Shown here: in pieces, positions 51,431-64,000 of the stretch
Position numbering within the stretch: position 1 is the stretch's first letter
How the letters are laid out: each line of letters opens with the position of its first letter
The notes under the pieces: model-generated
What the model was told of the DNA's origin: nothing
Database searches by the model: none
What the model saw: the letters and a program-made list of their open reading frames with translations, nothing else
Translations under genes and position numbers: made by a program
Assembly (NCBI RefSeq): GCF_006345805.1
Contig: NC_042999.1
Span: 66,340,001-66,404,000, forward strand
From: Octopus sinensis
Lineage: Eukaryota
Reading direction: 5' to 3'
DNA: 64,000 nucleotides

Positions 51431-52624
51431 CAGGAACAGGAGACAGAGAAATGGGTGGATGCATGGATGGACGTACGGCTGGCTGAATGGATGATAGAGT
51501 TTCATTTAATTATAAGAAATTTAGTTTCTATGTTATCAGATCAAGTTCTCATATAGGGACCCTATCTTTCGTTTCGTTAGTTTCATAACGTCATTTGTAG
51601 TCTCGAAACAACTATGATTTAACTAACATATGACTAGAATCATTCTAGTCATGACCAGCTTGTCTTCTTCAGTTTTATAGCATAACTAGTAAGTCACCCC
51701 ATCTGTACTTTATTTAAGATAGTGTTACTGCTAAAATATGGATTCTCCATGTGTTATCCATAGCATAAAGTCTCCCACTCTGTGTCTTTTTATTGCATCT
51801 TTCTTAAGCCGAGGCCAATTCCTATCTGGCAGAGTTATCCTCGAAGACGTTGAATTCGTAAATATCTCATACAGTTAATTAGTCATAGGTTATCTAAGAA
51901 TTCAAAATTCTTGTCGTCCTCAATATACAATTTCTGATACAAGAAAACAAAGTGATCGAGCAGAGACTCCTTCGTTGGTTCAGTCTCAATGGCGCCAGTA
52001 ATCGTGGAGGATATTCGGTAGACACAGAAACTACCTATTAGAAGCATATGTGTGGTTTTACACTATTAACCATTTAATTCATAGCTATATTTAATTTAAA
52101 ATTAGACATTTATCTAGCAACAATTTTAAATTATCAATATTTACCCGATAATTTAAGTAAGCAGAACTTCATATAAAACTAGTTTTGACATTTCAAATTT
52201 TTCAGTAGATTTACCTCCATTTGACCAAAACAACACATTGTATTGTGCTTGCAATTATATATCTGTGGAAAGAAGACGGTGCTTTAGCGCAGTTGTGAGA
52301 GCGTCTGAGACAACGGGTTGCGGTATTCGTTCCGGCGTTCTCATTTGAAATTTACCCCAAAATATGTTATCTCTTGGTTATTTCTGAGTGGATAAATATG
52401 GAAATTCTCAAGACTGGAGTCGTCGCCGCCTTTGCTTCCGACATCGCCGCCACCTCCCTTAACTACGTCAATAATAGCAATAACAATAATTACAACAATA
52501 TGGATGAAATTTTGTAATGATTCTTTATAATAGTCTCTATAATTTACATTGCTGGAAGGAACGAGCCAGTGAGTGTTTCGACTTGTTTGACGCGCAACAA
52601 ATAGTAGATAGGAGATACTCCAAT

Positions 52625-52817
52625 TCTATATTTAAGAGATGAGGAATTTATGTACATTATTTACATTATTTACAATTGACTGATAGGAATGAGAACCCAG
52701 GCTCGAAATGTCCCCAAGACACCTGATGAAAGCTGGAGAGTATATCAACCGAAATCTTGTGTTAACAACAAAGATGAGGACAAATATCTGTCAAATTTAA
52801 ATAATGTAAATAATGTA
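52625..52817 (+). repeat. Short inverted-repeat element containing a degenerate minimal hammerhead-like motif
   Basis: 20-bp perfect inverted repeat (52653-52672 / 52798-52817) around gacac-CTGATGA-aagctg..caacc-GAAA-tctt-gtgtt. Confidence 0.55.
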
Positions 52818-55474
52818 GTAGAAACTCATTTAGCACCCTGCCGCCTTAAATAAGGAATGGGAATTATAATAGGATATTATGATATTTGAAAATGTACGTA
52901 GTTTGGTCATACCTGGAATACTTTTGATTATCGTTCTGATCGATGAATATTTTTCTTTGGCGAAACACAATACAATTGCAAATAAAATGTGAATGATTTC
53001 CGTTTCTAGGATAAAACATTCCGATTTACCATTTTCTGGGATATTAAAATGAGAGAATACTCTGTCTGCAATGGAAATTTTTCTTACCTAATGTGGTTCT
53101 TAAGGATATTATAGAAAATAACCTGAAACCACGCTTCCGTTTAAGTCTGCCAGCCCAGACAAGATTTCTCAACCAGGTTTGTACATGGTTTTCTCATCGA
53201 CAATGAAATTTGTATGATTGCGGTTTGTTTGTTATATGAACTGAACTTGATTTAGCTGCAAAGAAGACTAAGTTGAAAATCATGGAAGTCGCTAGAAGTA
53301 CAGTACAACACCTGATACTCTGGCGAGGGGATTGCACATATATATACAGAACCACTGAGATAAATTAAGCAGATCAGAATCTTTTTCTTCCCCGGTCGAG
53401 ATATATAGGTGTTGCGTGCGTCTTTTAACAACGGTATAAAATCAGTTTGTAGAGTTAGTGATATATCAGTTAGGATGTATTTAAGCAAACGCACGTACAA
53501 CAACTTGCTAGGGCGGTCAGTTGGCAGAACCTTTTGCACGCCTGGCTTTGCGTTTTGGGTTGAACTTCCGTGGAGATCAATTTTTGCCACTTTTCATCCT
53601 TTCGAGTTCGAAACAATAATTACCATTCGAGCACTGGAGTTGATGTAACAACCCCCAACCACCGAAATTCCTGTTCTTGTGCTAAAATTTGAAACCATTA
53701 TAATTTACTCTCTAAAATCCCCACCGTTTTCTATCCTAGTGCGCACATTTTCTAATCACACAGCCATGGGTACATCAGTATGAAGTTAACATACTGCTAC
53801 CTCTTAAACAGCATGTTAACATTATGAATGGCCATGAAGTAGAGGAACTATAGACGATTTTTTTAGTAACATTTTAATTCTTTCTTTAAACAATAGATAC
53901 AAACCCTAATATTTTAGGAAGAGTGATTTGCCTATTACATTGACCACAGAGCTCAAATAGCATTTATTTTATCGACCTCTGACCTCAGCAGATTTGAACT
54001 CAGAGCGTAAAACCAGAAGAAATAACGCTAAACATTTTTCTGGCATACTAACAATTCTACCAGCTCACCACCTCTGGAATGGTTTACCAAAAACCATTCG
54101 TTGGTTTTCAACTAAACAAATGTTTCTGAAACAATCGTTATTATCCATGACCGTCATAAAAAAATATCTAGTTTGTGTACACCACGCCTACTACTTAGAG
54201 TCGTATGATATGTTAAAGTCGTGAAGCAGAAGCAGCGATTTTGTTTTTGTTATTAATGAGTTCGCCGTGGTTACTAACTAGACATGGACCATCTTCAATG
54301 GTTTTGTTTTAACTCACTAATTTTGAATACTCACTTCCTTATTGGACACAAAGGAACTACTATTTAATAATCTGAAATTCCGATTACATAGAAAATAATG
54401 ACCTTTAGATTAACGAAGTGATGCGGAGCTTATCAAATACAACTTTCATTGTCTACAAATTATAATTCTGGGATATTGTTTCTCAGTGAAAGTATGTTCT
54501 ATTTTAATGTTGCTATCAGGCAATTAGTGTCGAATTCCTACTTGTTAAATATTTCACTAAACTAGATGTAATTAGGTGTTTTCAGGAAGGAAAAAGAACA
54601 ACTGTATTTCAGTTTAATTCTTTATGTTTCTTTTTATTGTTCAAAATGGAAATAATTGAATACCTAAACAAAACTTTATCTGGAAACTTAATAATTACTA
54701 GCGATACTGGCAAAACCTCATTCGTAAGACAATCATAAACTAGTTTATCTCAGTTTGCGCTATTGTATTAGTATTTAGACTTCCTCGCTAATTATATGGA
54801 ATATTTTCGTTCACTGAGAAAATTATGGCATTTCTTGTTTGAAAATAGAACTAAAATATCATACACAGAATTTTCAAAAATATAGAACTTAATACAGAAA
54901 TAATTTTATATAAATTTCAACTGTTTATTTTCTGTTTCATGAATTTAGTTTAAAACAATTTATAGGTTGTATTTGTTATTATTTCCATTATGGCTTCTAG
55001 CTGTATTTATATCTATTCAATGGTAAGTGGTGAGGAGAATATAGTTGGGGTCCATGAAGCTTAATTTACCGTGGGGTTTTAGTTACCACTTGTAGTAAAG
55101 CCCATTTCATCCTATTTATTCCTATTTATTATTCTTCTGCAGCATTTCGTAAAGTGTGTTGTATAGCCCTCTGGGATCAGTGAAAATATGGAAATTTGAT
55201 GCAGGTATTAAAGTGAAAACTATACGAACGATAAATGTCTCTGTAAAATTTCTTTTATTATTCTTAGTCTCTTCAAATTCCAACGAGGTTGAGATTTAAT
55301 ATCATCATTTTGTGGTCGATGAAGTAATTACCAGTTGATTACTGAAGTCAATATGATCGACGTACCTCCCTCATCGAACTTCCTGGTCTCATTCCAAAAT
55401 CTGAAACCATTATCCATAGTTTCCTATTTAAAAACATCAACTTCAGCCTCCTCAACTCAAAAAGGATTAAAAAG

Positions 55475-55945
55475 GAAGAAGGCGGGCAACAATAGTTGCT
55501 CGCCGAAGGAACCTAAGGCTTCGGGAGGCGGGGGAGAGTCTCCGGACAAAGCGGAAGGGCTCCACTCTCCCGAAGCCAGGAACAAAAGAAAAAAAGAAAG
55601 AAGAAAAACGGGTCATCTCAGCAGGGAGATGATGTGCCGACTGCATGCCCCGAAGTTGTGCCGCCCACGGTGGAAGAAACCACCCCCGCCCTTAAAGATG
55701 ATCAATTGATTATATTTTTCTACAAGGGCGGGGAGGTGGAAAAAATAGTAGAAGGACATAAAGAAACAGTAGATATGCCCTTCACACGGGATCCCGAATG
55801 GCCTCCGCAGATAGCTGTGGAGGTCATAAGGTTTCCCTTGTGGGAAAGGCTTAAAGGATTTGGGGAGGAGTGTCGCATATGGCCGGGTGGCCCTTACACG
55901 ACTTACATGTCCTACATGAGTGAGGCATGGGAAATGGCGGGATAG
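55475..55945 (+). pseudogene. Possible C-terminal fragment of another ORF1-like protein
   Basis: GC-richer island with a basic K/R run, a Pro/Thr linker and a ~75-aa globular-looking tail (ORF 55634-55945). Similarity to the 46.5-kb ORF is architectural only. Confidence 0.35.
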
Positions 55946-56329
55946 AGGAACTCAAGCGGCATTGAAGATAATGATGAATATATCGATGGATATATCGAAG
56001 AGTAGGAGATGAAAGAACCTCGTTACATAGTTTGAAACCTCACCTTATTGGACTATTTTGTAGTGGTTTATAACCTCAATTTTGTGTTTTAAGAAAGAAA
56101 AAAGAAAATATGTTAAGTAAGAGGTTTTAGTGCCTCCTCCTTGTAAAAGGTTTGAAACCTTATATTGATTTAAAAAGAAAAAAAAGATGTTTTCGAGAAA
56201 AATCCAATCGGCGGGTGTTGGGTTTCGTCTCTCATCTATTCATTATAATTCATTTTCATTCATTAATGTGTTTGTCCAGCCCGCAAATATCTTTGTACTG
56301 TCTATATGACAAATTTATGAAATAAAGTA

Positions 56330-56483
56330 GATTGTTTACGAACCACATGGTTCCGGGTTCAGTCCCACTGCATGGTGCCTTGGGCAAGTGTCTTCTAATA
56401 TAGCCTCGGGCTGACCAAAGCCTTGTGAGTGGATTTGGCAGACGGAAACTCAAAGAAGCCCGTCGTATATATATATATATATA

Positions 56484-56530
<47 letters not shown>

Positions 56531-56740
56531 TTGTGTGTCTGTGTTTGTCCCCCTAGCATTGATTGACAACCGATGCTGGTGTGTTTATGTCCCTGTCACT
56601 TAGCGGTTCGGAAAAAGAGACCGATAGAGTAAATACTGGGCTTACAAAGAATAAGTCCCGGGGTCGAGTTGCTCAATTAAAGGCGGTGCTCCATCATGGC
56701 CGCAGTCAAATGACTGAAACAAGTAAAAGAGAGAGAAAAG
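56330..56740 (+). mobile_element. tRNA-derived CORE-like SINE
   Basis: gggttcagtcccactgcatggtgccttgggcaagtg...(TA)n(TG)n...gactgaaacaagtaaaagag. Confidence 0.85.
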
Positions 56741-58199
56741 AATAATAATATAAAGTACGATTTGAGACATTGTCAAAAATTTGTGGGTATTTCCATGCAT
56801 GCAATAAAGACAGGTATTGTACCTGCAGCACTAGGTAAGGATCTAACTTGTGAACACAACAGAAATATGTGTTCGTGCTTGAATGTTGTTGATTCTAGAT
56901 ATGATTGTCATCCGTTTAGCTTAGACTCTAGCCACGTTTATAAACTGACTTAAGTTAACACCTTGGTAGAGAAATCAATGGATGTGTCTATGAATATTTA
57001 GAAAACTTGAATATATGTATCGGAATATCAAAAACACATTTCTTCTGTTATCTTCGGTAGTAAATACGAAGCAGAAAAAAAATAGCACTCAAGCATTGTC
57101 AACTGCGTGTTCTAAAAGTTACATCAACGAATATAGTTAGACGGTGATAGGTTAAATATTATTTATTAGAAGGTATGTAAGAAGTCACCAGAGGCTCGCG
57201 TAAATTTAGTACAGAGAACTGAATTACTGTGGAATGTACGTGTATGTATTTGAAACTGGGGTAGGTGGTATTGAATTATAACAAAGGGCGTTGGAAAAGT
57301 GTAACTAAAAGAGATTATAGATGAAAACAGAAGTTAGAGAAGTCGTCAATATTGGATTTTAAGACGGCTAGCTGTAATTTAAAGCTAGGTTTGTTACTAT
57401 TCCCATCAAGTTTGCTTGTTGAGTCTACATATATAAAAGTTTATACAATGTGCACATGACAACATTTTGCAGGAATGGTGTTTCTATAGATGGTAACAAA
57501 CCTAAAAATATTACTGCTTTTGTTTGAATCGAAGACAGAAAAAAAATTAAGAGAGGCATTTGATCTGATAAATCTAATCTATCAGAAATTAGATTATGTT
57601 AAACGTTGGAATGTAGAAGCAGTTATTAATTTACACGAAATACTGTAAGATGTAAACAGAGCAGAACGGTTACAACTTCAACAACTCTGATACAATATAG
57701 AGCTCAATGTGTTGCACTTAAGTGATTTCGATTCGTCTGTAAACTTCTTGCTTCCCTTTTACATGTAACACTTCCTGAAACATTTCAAGTGCGTTAATTA
57801 TAAGACTTCCTTTAACAAAGCTAACAGGCAGAGACGGACTACTTCCCCCTTATTACAAAAGAATCGCTGTTAGATGATCTTCATGCTAGACTTGAAGCCC
57901 TTTTTATTTTTGCAACTTATTATGCTATTCCATTGCTTATAATTTTAAAAACATCATCATAAGAAGCTACACGGTACTGAATATTGAAGAAAGCTATAGC
58001 AGAAAAATTCAAATGATTTTTTAATAGTGTCAAATCTTCAACGAAATTTACAGTCGACATGTACTACATATTAACAACGTTGTAGAAGTAACTATTCAAA
58101 ATAATACTATATCTCTCCCTCTCTTTCTCTCTTTGTACTTCTTTCTCTCTCTCCCTCTCTCTTTATATGTATATATATGTGTATGTATATATGTATATA

Positions 58200-59188
58200 T
58201 TCACGGTGTTGGAGATAAATCGAGACAATTTTTACAATGCATAAAACTGATTATAAATACTAAAATAATCGTAGTAGACAAATATAATTTTAACGTAACA
58301 TTTAGTAAAACAAAAACATTTACCACTCAAAATTGCCGCTCTTTTAGGAGATTACTGCCTCCACACGAGGACAACATTTTTTGCAGCTGCCGCAACTGTC
58401 ACCTTTTTGATTTTGTGTTTCAGATGCACGTTGCAGGTGTTCAAACTGTTGACACTCCAGTGTGGTGAAGAATCGGTCATTGCTTGAAGTACACCCCATA
58501 AAAAGTAATCGAGAAGGTTGAGATCTGGATTATTAGTGGGCCAGATGTTAGCCCCCAGAAAGATGGCACCTTTACACTAAGGAAGGCCTTTGTTGTTTTT
58601 GACCCATGGCATGGCGAAGAATGGTATGGCTTCATAATGTTCTTCAGGATGCCAAGATACCCATCTGTGCCGATCTTGAAGCCAGACTCAATGCAGTGTG
58701 GATCCATGACACTTCCATTGGACACCACTGCTCCGAATACCATCAGAGAGGCAGGATTCATAGTCACAAACGCAGTGGGGACGTCGAAAGAGTTGTATGC
58801 AATCACTCCAGGATTTCTGCGATTCACCTCAGTATCCACAGTGAACTTCTCGTCTACAAACAGGAACGTTTTTCCTGCGCCTTGATGCTTGATGAATGAC
58901 AAAGACTTTGGACATCTCACGGTTGTGATTGTTTTGGCCCTGGTTGTTAGGAGGTTAACAGAGCTAGTTATGCCAAGGTTCCTGAACATCGTGAAAAGGA
59001 ATCATTGCGTTTCTTTCCAAGAATTGTCATGATGTGAATGGGTTGCCTTCAATGGAGTGTTTGAGGCCAGCGAGAAATTTGGGATTGTGCTTGGGATCCC
59101 TCTGAGTTTTATGTTCTTTTCTATCAATCTTTCCCGATTCCTTAAATTGTTTATACACACGATAAACTGCTGCTTTTGGAAGTTTTGT

Positions 59189-59190
<2 letters not shown>
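58200..59190 (-). mobile_element. Decayed maT (DD37D, Bmmar1-like) transposon
   Basis: Minus ORF 58477-58989 has FVDEKFTV...NRRN, PASLMVFGAV and a degenerate WPP.SPDLNP region. The N-terminal HTH (VYRVYKQFKESG) is at 59030-59190. The 5' end is lost in (TA)n. Confidence 0.7.
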
Positions 59191-59239
<49 letters not shown>

Positions 59240-59244
59240 CATGC

Positions 59245-59275
<31 letters not shown>

Positions 59276-60069
59276 TTATTATTATTGTTATTATATAGGT
59301 GTCATAGTATAAACTCATGCTTTTTCTATGCTCCAACTGAGAGGCACATCTTTCCACACGTTGCACATGTTCTTTTGTGAACAGTACTCATATTACACGC
59401 TACCATGGGTCGATTCCTGTGAGTTCTCTGATGGCTGCCCAGACCCGCACGTCTCAATCACCTCCTCTCACAAACCACACAGGCAAGAGCAACACCCTCT
59501 CCTTCTCCAGGTGTGTTTTATAAGAAGACAAATATAAACGTGAATGTCTTTAAGTGACTGGTAGCTGAGAGAACTTTAGAGATTGATTATATTTACGAAA
59601 TATAAAAGTATCCATTTAATTTTTGCTTAATTTAGTTTTGCTGTTACAAGTTTGTTATAGTCATCAATAATAGTAACAATTTGCCATAATGCTGAGATAT
59701 CAATACTATAGTGGTCCTGGTTTCCTTTTTTACCTTTCTTTCTTTGATACACCACAGTGTAGAATTTATGAAAAAAAAGAAAAATTCAAAGATTCACCAA
59801 TTTACTGATGACGTAGGCCCTTGTTAATAGAATTAAAAATATATGATTATATCGCTCACATATCATTTTCCCAAATGTAAGTTAGATTTTACGATGTCTG
59901 AATTTAGTAATAACCGTATAAATATATTATATTTTCCAGAACTATGAAGTTTTCCAAATTAGTTTTGATTTTTACTTTCTGTCTATCTTTGACCTTTCAG
60001 TATATCTCCAGAGGAAATAACCTTGAAACTTTGCTGCTGGCTTCGCAATTCACTGCCGCGCCACAAATC

Positions 60070-60101
<32 letters not shown>

Positions 60102-60861
60102 TGTGTATGTGTGTGGTGTGTGTGTGTGTGTGTGTGTGTTCCAGTTCCTTAAAGCTGTAATTCCTCGCAAATCTCGACACATATGAAGCCGATGATGGAT
60201 AGCATTTTAGACAACGACAATGCATCTTTTCAAATATATCTACCACACCATTTGATGTTGAAATGTAACTGAAAATAAAAGGTTTTATTTTTAACTTGCA
60301 GCTAGATAGAGGAGAAATGGGAAAGACTAAGAAAAGATAATGGAGTTGGAATAAATAAACTGAAGGCTTGAGGCGACAGCAACAGCGGCAGCACACACAG
60401 AGATGTTAAATAGATTGTGTCTTACGTTCGTGAGTTATGATTCTAATGCAGTTAAAAAACGAATGCCGAATAGGAACGCAAAATTCGGATAATCTTTGCC
60501 GACGTCAAGTTAATTTCACTAAAGTCATTGGTTACCAAAGCCTTGTGTCATTTCCTCTATAGAAATGGCATTATAAATTGAAGAACAACAGCCTGAGACA
60601 AAATAATTAAAGTTTAGTGCGAATCTTAGAAGCAGTAAATAAACGTTGAGTTGCAACTGTCTCTGTAATGCATACGAGGGTATTTCTAACATCCGTAAAC
60701 AGCAAAGAATACAATTTGTCATCCGAAAGAAAGCACATAATACGAAAATCTCTGAACAGAGACGGATTAAATCGTCTCATTCGCACGAATAAATAAACTC
60801 TTCTTCATCTATTGAGTTAACTACCACTCCCCGCTTACATATCTATCTATCTATCTCTCCC

Positions 60862-60904
<43 letters not shown>

Positions 60905-60919
60905 TGTGTATGTATGTGT

Positions 60920-61112
60920 TAGTCCCCTCACCATTGTTTGACATCTGATGCTGGTGTGGTTGTATCCCCAAAACTTATTGGTACGGCAAATAGGATTGAT
61001 AAAACGAGTACTAGGCTTACAAAGAATAAATTCTGGGATCGATGTGCTCGATTTAAATGACGGTGCTCCAGCATGGCTACATTCAGACGACTGAAACAAA
61101 TACAAGAATATA
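60920..61112 (+). mobile_element. 3' half of CORE-like SINE
   Basis: gatgctggtgtg...gtactaggcttacaaagaataa...gtgctccagcatggc matches the family tail. Confidence 0.65.
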
Positions 61113-61119
61113 TATGTAT

Positions 61120-61159
<40 letters not shown>

Positions 61160-62299
61160 TATATATATATATATACTTATATGTAAGTTATTCTACAGTT
61201 TATTTCAAGATTTCTTGCGAATAGAGAAAGAATGGACTTCTAGCTGATGGTTTGGTTCAACATGAACAACCGAGTATTTTTGTATGTATGTTTGTATGTA
61301 TGTATGTATGCATGTATGTATATGTGTATATGTAAATATATATATATATACACATACACACACACACACACATATGTGTGTGTGTGTATGTATGTGTATA
61401 TATATATGTGCGGAAGGACGTCTGGCATTGTGTACGTAAGTGTGCTTTGGAGCATAACTACATGCATTTATTTTCAAGGCATTTGTGTACAAGTATCAAG
61501 GCGGAGCCCAGCTTACCTGCACTCTAATAACTGTAACAACTAAAAGTAGAAAGATAAATGGATACACAAATATTACGTATATTCACATTTTGCATGGAAA
61601 CGTACATACATATATACATACATTCGTAAATATATACAAATATATATACATATAAACATACATACAATTTACCCGAAAATATAAATCGATAAAACGCAGC
61701 ATTTCAATAAAACAACATGCTATAATATCAAATAAAATCGCAGTAACGGAAATTCTCCAATTCCAAAATTCCAGAACAATTTTTGAAAACATAATTACAA
61801 ATATCTATCCCGAAAAAATAGCCAAAGGCATCATGCCGTCATTTCAGTCCAACATGATACAGTAAATGGTTGAATTATAGTCATTATTCCCATTTTTAAT
61901 ATTAAGTTTCGAGATAAATGCTCTGGATATACGTACACAAGGAATTTGCGAAAACGAAGAAGGAAAACACGTGTTAAAAACACATCTTGAAAACAAGGCG
62001 ACGCTGTTTGTTGTTTTTCTGTTTGACTAGCTGTTGATGAAAATCTGTTTATTAGTTAACGTTGTAGGATATATTATTGTTATTAAAGTTGTTGTTTCGG
62101 CAAGCTGTCGATGATTGGTTGATAGACCAGCATGCGTTGCTGTTGCAATGGTTGTTGATAGATTCTGCTTGCATGCAGAAGACGTGTGGTTTAGCGATTA
62201 CGGTTTTAGGTTCGCGATTAGGCGGCCGCTCTGTCCTTCACAAAAATTAAAAAAATATTTTATTCTTCACCATTCTATTTCCCTGTTTCTTGCTTTGTA

Positions 62300-62620
62300 T
62301 GTTTCTCTCTCTCTCTCATTCTCTATCTATCTATCTCCCTCTCTCCCACGCCTTCCCTCCTTCTCTTCTCTCCCCCTCTCCCTCACTCACTCTTTGTATG
62401 TTTCTCTATCTATCTCTCCCTCTCTCTCTTTCTCCCTCTCGCTCTCTCTTTCTCCCTCTTTCTCTCTTTCTCCCTCTCTCTCTTTCTCTCACACTCTCTC
62501 CTCTCTTTTCCCTCTCTCTCTTTCTCTGTCCCTTTCTCTCTTTCTGTCCCTTTCTCTCTCTCTCTTTCTCTCATGCCCTCTCTCCCTCTCCCTCCCTCCC
62601 TTTCTCTCTCTCGCTCTGGA
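62300..62620. repeat. (CT)n-rich low-complexity tract
   Basis: Directly visible. Confidence 0.9.
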
Positions 62621-63059
62621 AATTCATTCACTATCGTCGATATTTTGCTGAGGGAGGTGTGAGAGATCTGAGGAGTCTACAAAGCACTTAGACACATATG
62701 TTTGCAAGTGAGAGGTATAATTTATTTGCTTTATACATGCATGTGTTTCGATGTGTGTATACGTATGTACGCGTGTGTATTTATGTATGTATATTTTTGT
62801 TTTTACCCACATACATATATACGAAATAACACAAAACGTTTATACACACACATTGAACGATTAAGAAAATGTTTATTTAAATATATTTTATTTTAAAATT
62901 TTTCAATAGAATCTACAGATAGAATTGTATTAATGCTTATTTTCAAACTCATGAGATAATTGATTCAGCCCCTGCTGTTTACTCGGAGCATTGAAATCGC
63001 CAATTTCAAGAAGTATTTCATTTAGTATTTGTACGCATTTCCGTTCAATGGCTACTCTC

Positions 63060-63660
63060 ATTTCGTCGACTATTACTAGGCCGTAAAATTTATCTTTTAA
63101 GTATCGCCATAAAAAATATCTAGCGGTTAAGGGTCCAGTGATCGCGGAGAGTATAACACTGAAACTTTCCTTAAATCAAACTGCTTAATGGAAATCAAGG
63201 CAGGTCCTTATATTAATGCAGTAATGTTGGGGTGCCCCATCTACAGATCCCTCTTCAATGCTTGTATTACTGATTGTTGCAGCAAATTCGAGTAGATGAG
63301 GCCTATCACGGTACCACCAAAATAGCCGAGTTAATTCTTTTCATGATAAACCGCACCATAGTGTACCTCCTGGTAAATTAACAGGATATTCCTCCAAAGT
63401 AAAAGGATTCTCAAAATTCCCCTGTAATAAATTGAGCCATTTAATTTAAATAAGGCCTTATCCTTCACAAAAATCTTCCCTGAAAAATATGCCTTTTCTA
63501 CATATCTCGCCAAGTGACACACACAATGCACAACTGTTCGTTCCGGATCATCTTCATTGAGAGCATGGACATTTCTGGAGAGGCAACTTTTCCGATGACA
63601 ATACTGCAGCATGTGTTGAAGACTTCATTTTGAAATTTCTTTCAGACATCTCGATTGCGG
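63060..63660 (-). mobile_element. Decayed Tc1/mariner-superfamily remnant (DD41D/rosa-like)
   Basis: VHALNEDDPERTV..C...KDKALFKLNGSI resembles LNEDDPDRR.EFCE...FSDEA.F.LNG.VN. Downstream PRSLDP*PLD resembles PRSPDLTPLD. Confidence 0.55.
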
Positions 63661-63783
63661 CACTGATATTCTTTGATATATATATATATATATATCAGAG
63701 TAAGCACATAAATGTGAAACAAGGTGGAGAAATAGTACTCGAATACCAGAGGTAGAGTAATATACTTTATTACAAAGTATCAG

Positions 63784-63876
63784 AAATATCACAAAAAACT
63801 GTTACTCAGAGTTTCACGTTCCCGTTCGTCCGATGAACGGCAACGTGAAACTGTGAGTAACAGTTTTGTGATATTT
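63784..63876. repeat. ~43-bp-arm palindrome made of two head-to-head hammerhead-like motifs
   Basis: Arms 63784-63827 and 63835-63876 around a gtccgat loop. Each strand reads C(c/g)GA(t/c)GA-ACG-GNAA-CGT-GAAA-ct(g/c)tgag-TA. Confidence 0.75.
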
Positions 63877-63894
63877 TTGCTGCTTTTAATAAGG

Positions 63895-63939
<45 letters not shown>

Positions 63940-63941
<2 letters not shown>

Positions 63942-64000
63942 CCTTCTTTCAGTTGCCGATTGCCAAATCTATTCACAAGTCTTTGGATGGTCCGGGCGTA
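63940..64000 (-). mobile_element. Partial CORE-like SINE running off the window end
   Basis: cttctttcagttgccg...caaatctattcacaag matches the reverse of gtgagtggatttggtagacggaaactgaaagaag. Confidence 0.55.

Overview
AT-rich, microsatellite-dense animal DNA. The SINE and LINE repertoire looks cephalopod/Octopus-like, which is an inference from pattern recognition, not a database result. No host protein-coding exon could be confidently supported. The window is mostly transposon-derived: several R4/Dong-type (RT + restriction-like endonuclease) non-LTR elements, each sitting in (TAA)n tracts, including one near-full-length copy at 28.7-32.9 kb; Tx1/L1-like LINE pieces, two of them abutting (GATA)n tracts; RTE remnants; two full-length mariners with TIRs and TA duplications; maT-, DD41D- and Chapaev3-like remnants; a Gypsy gag remnant; and many tRNA-derived SINEs. 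The most notable observations are: (1) a head-to-tail array at 46.3-49.8 kb of LINE-ORF1-like (RRM-like + CCHC) units with no ORF2, one with an intact 471-aa ORF, whose short 3' tail matches local SINE and Tx1 tails; (2) a ~1.07-kb near-perfect palindrome continuing into 534-bp tandem copies at 36.7-38.5 kb; (3) degenerate minimal hammerhead-like motifs in short inverted-repeat elements. Most short ORFs in the supplied track are microsatellite artefacts.
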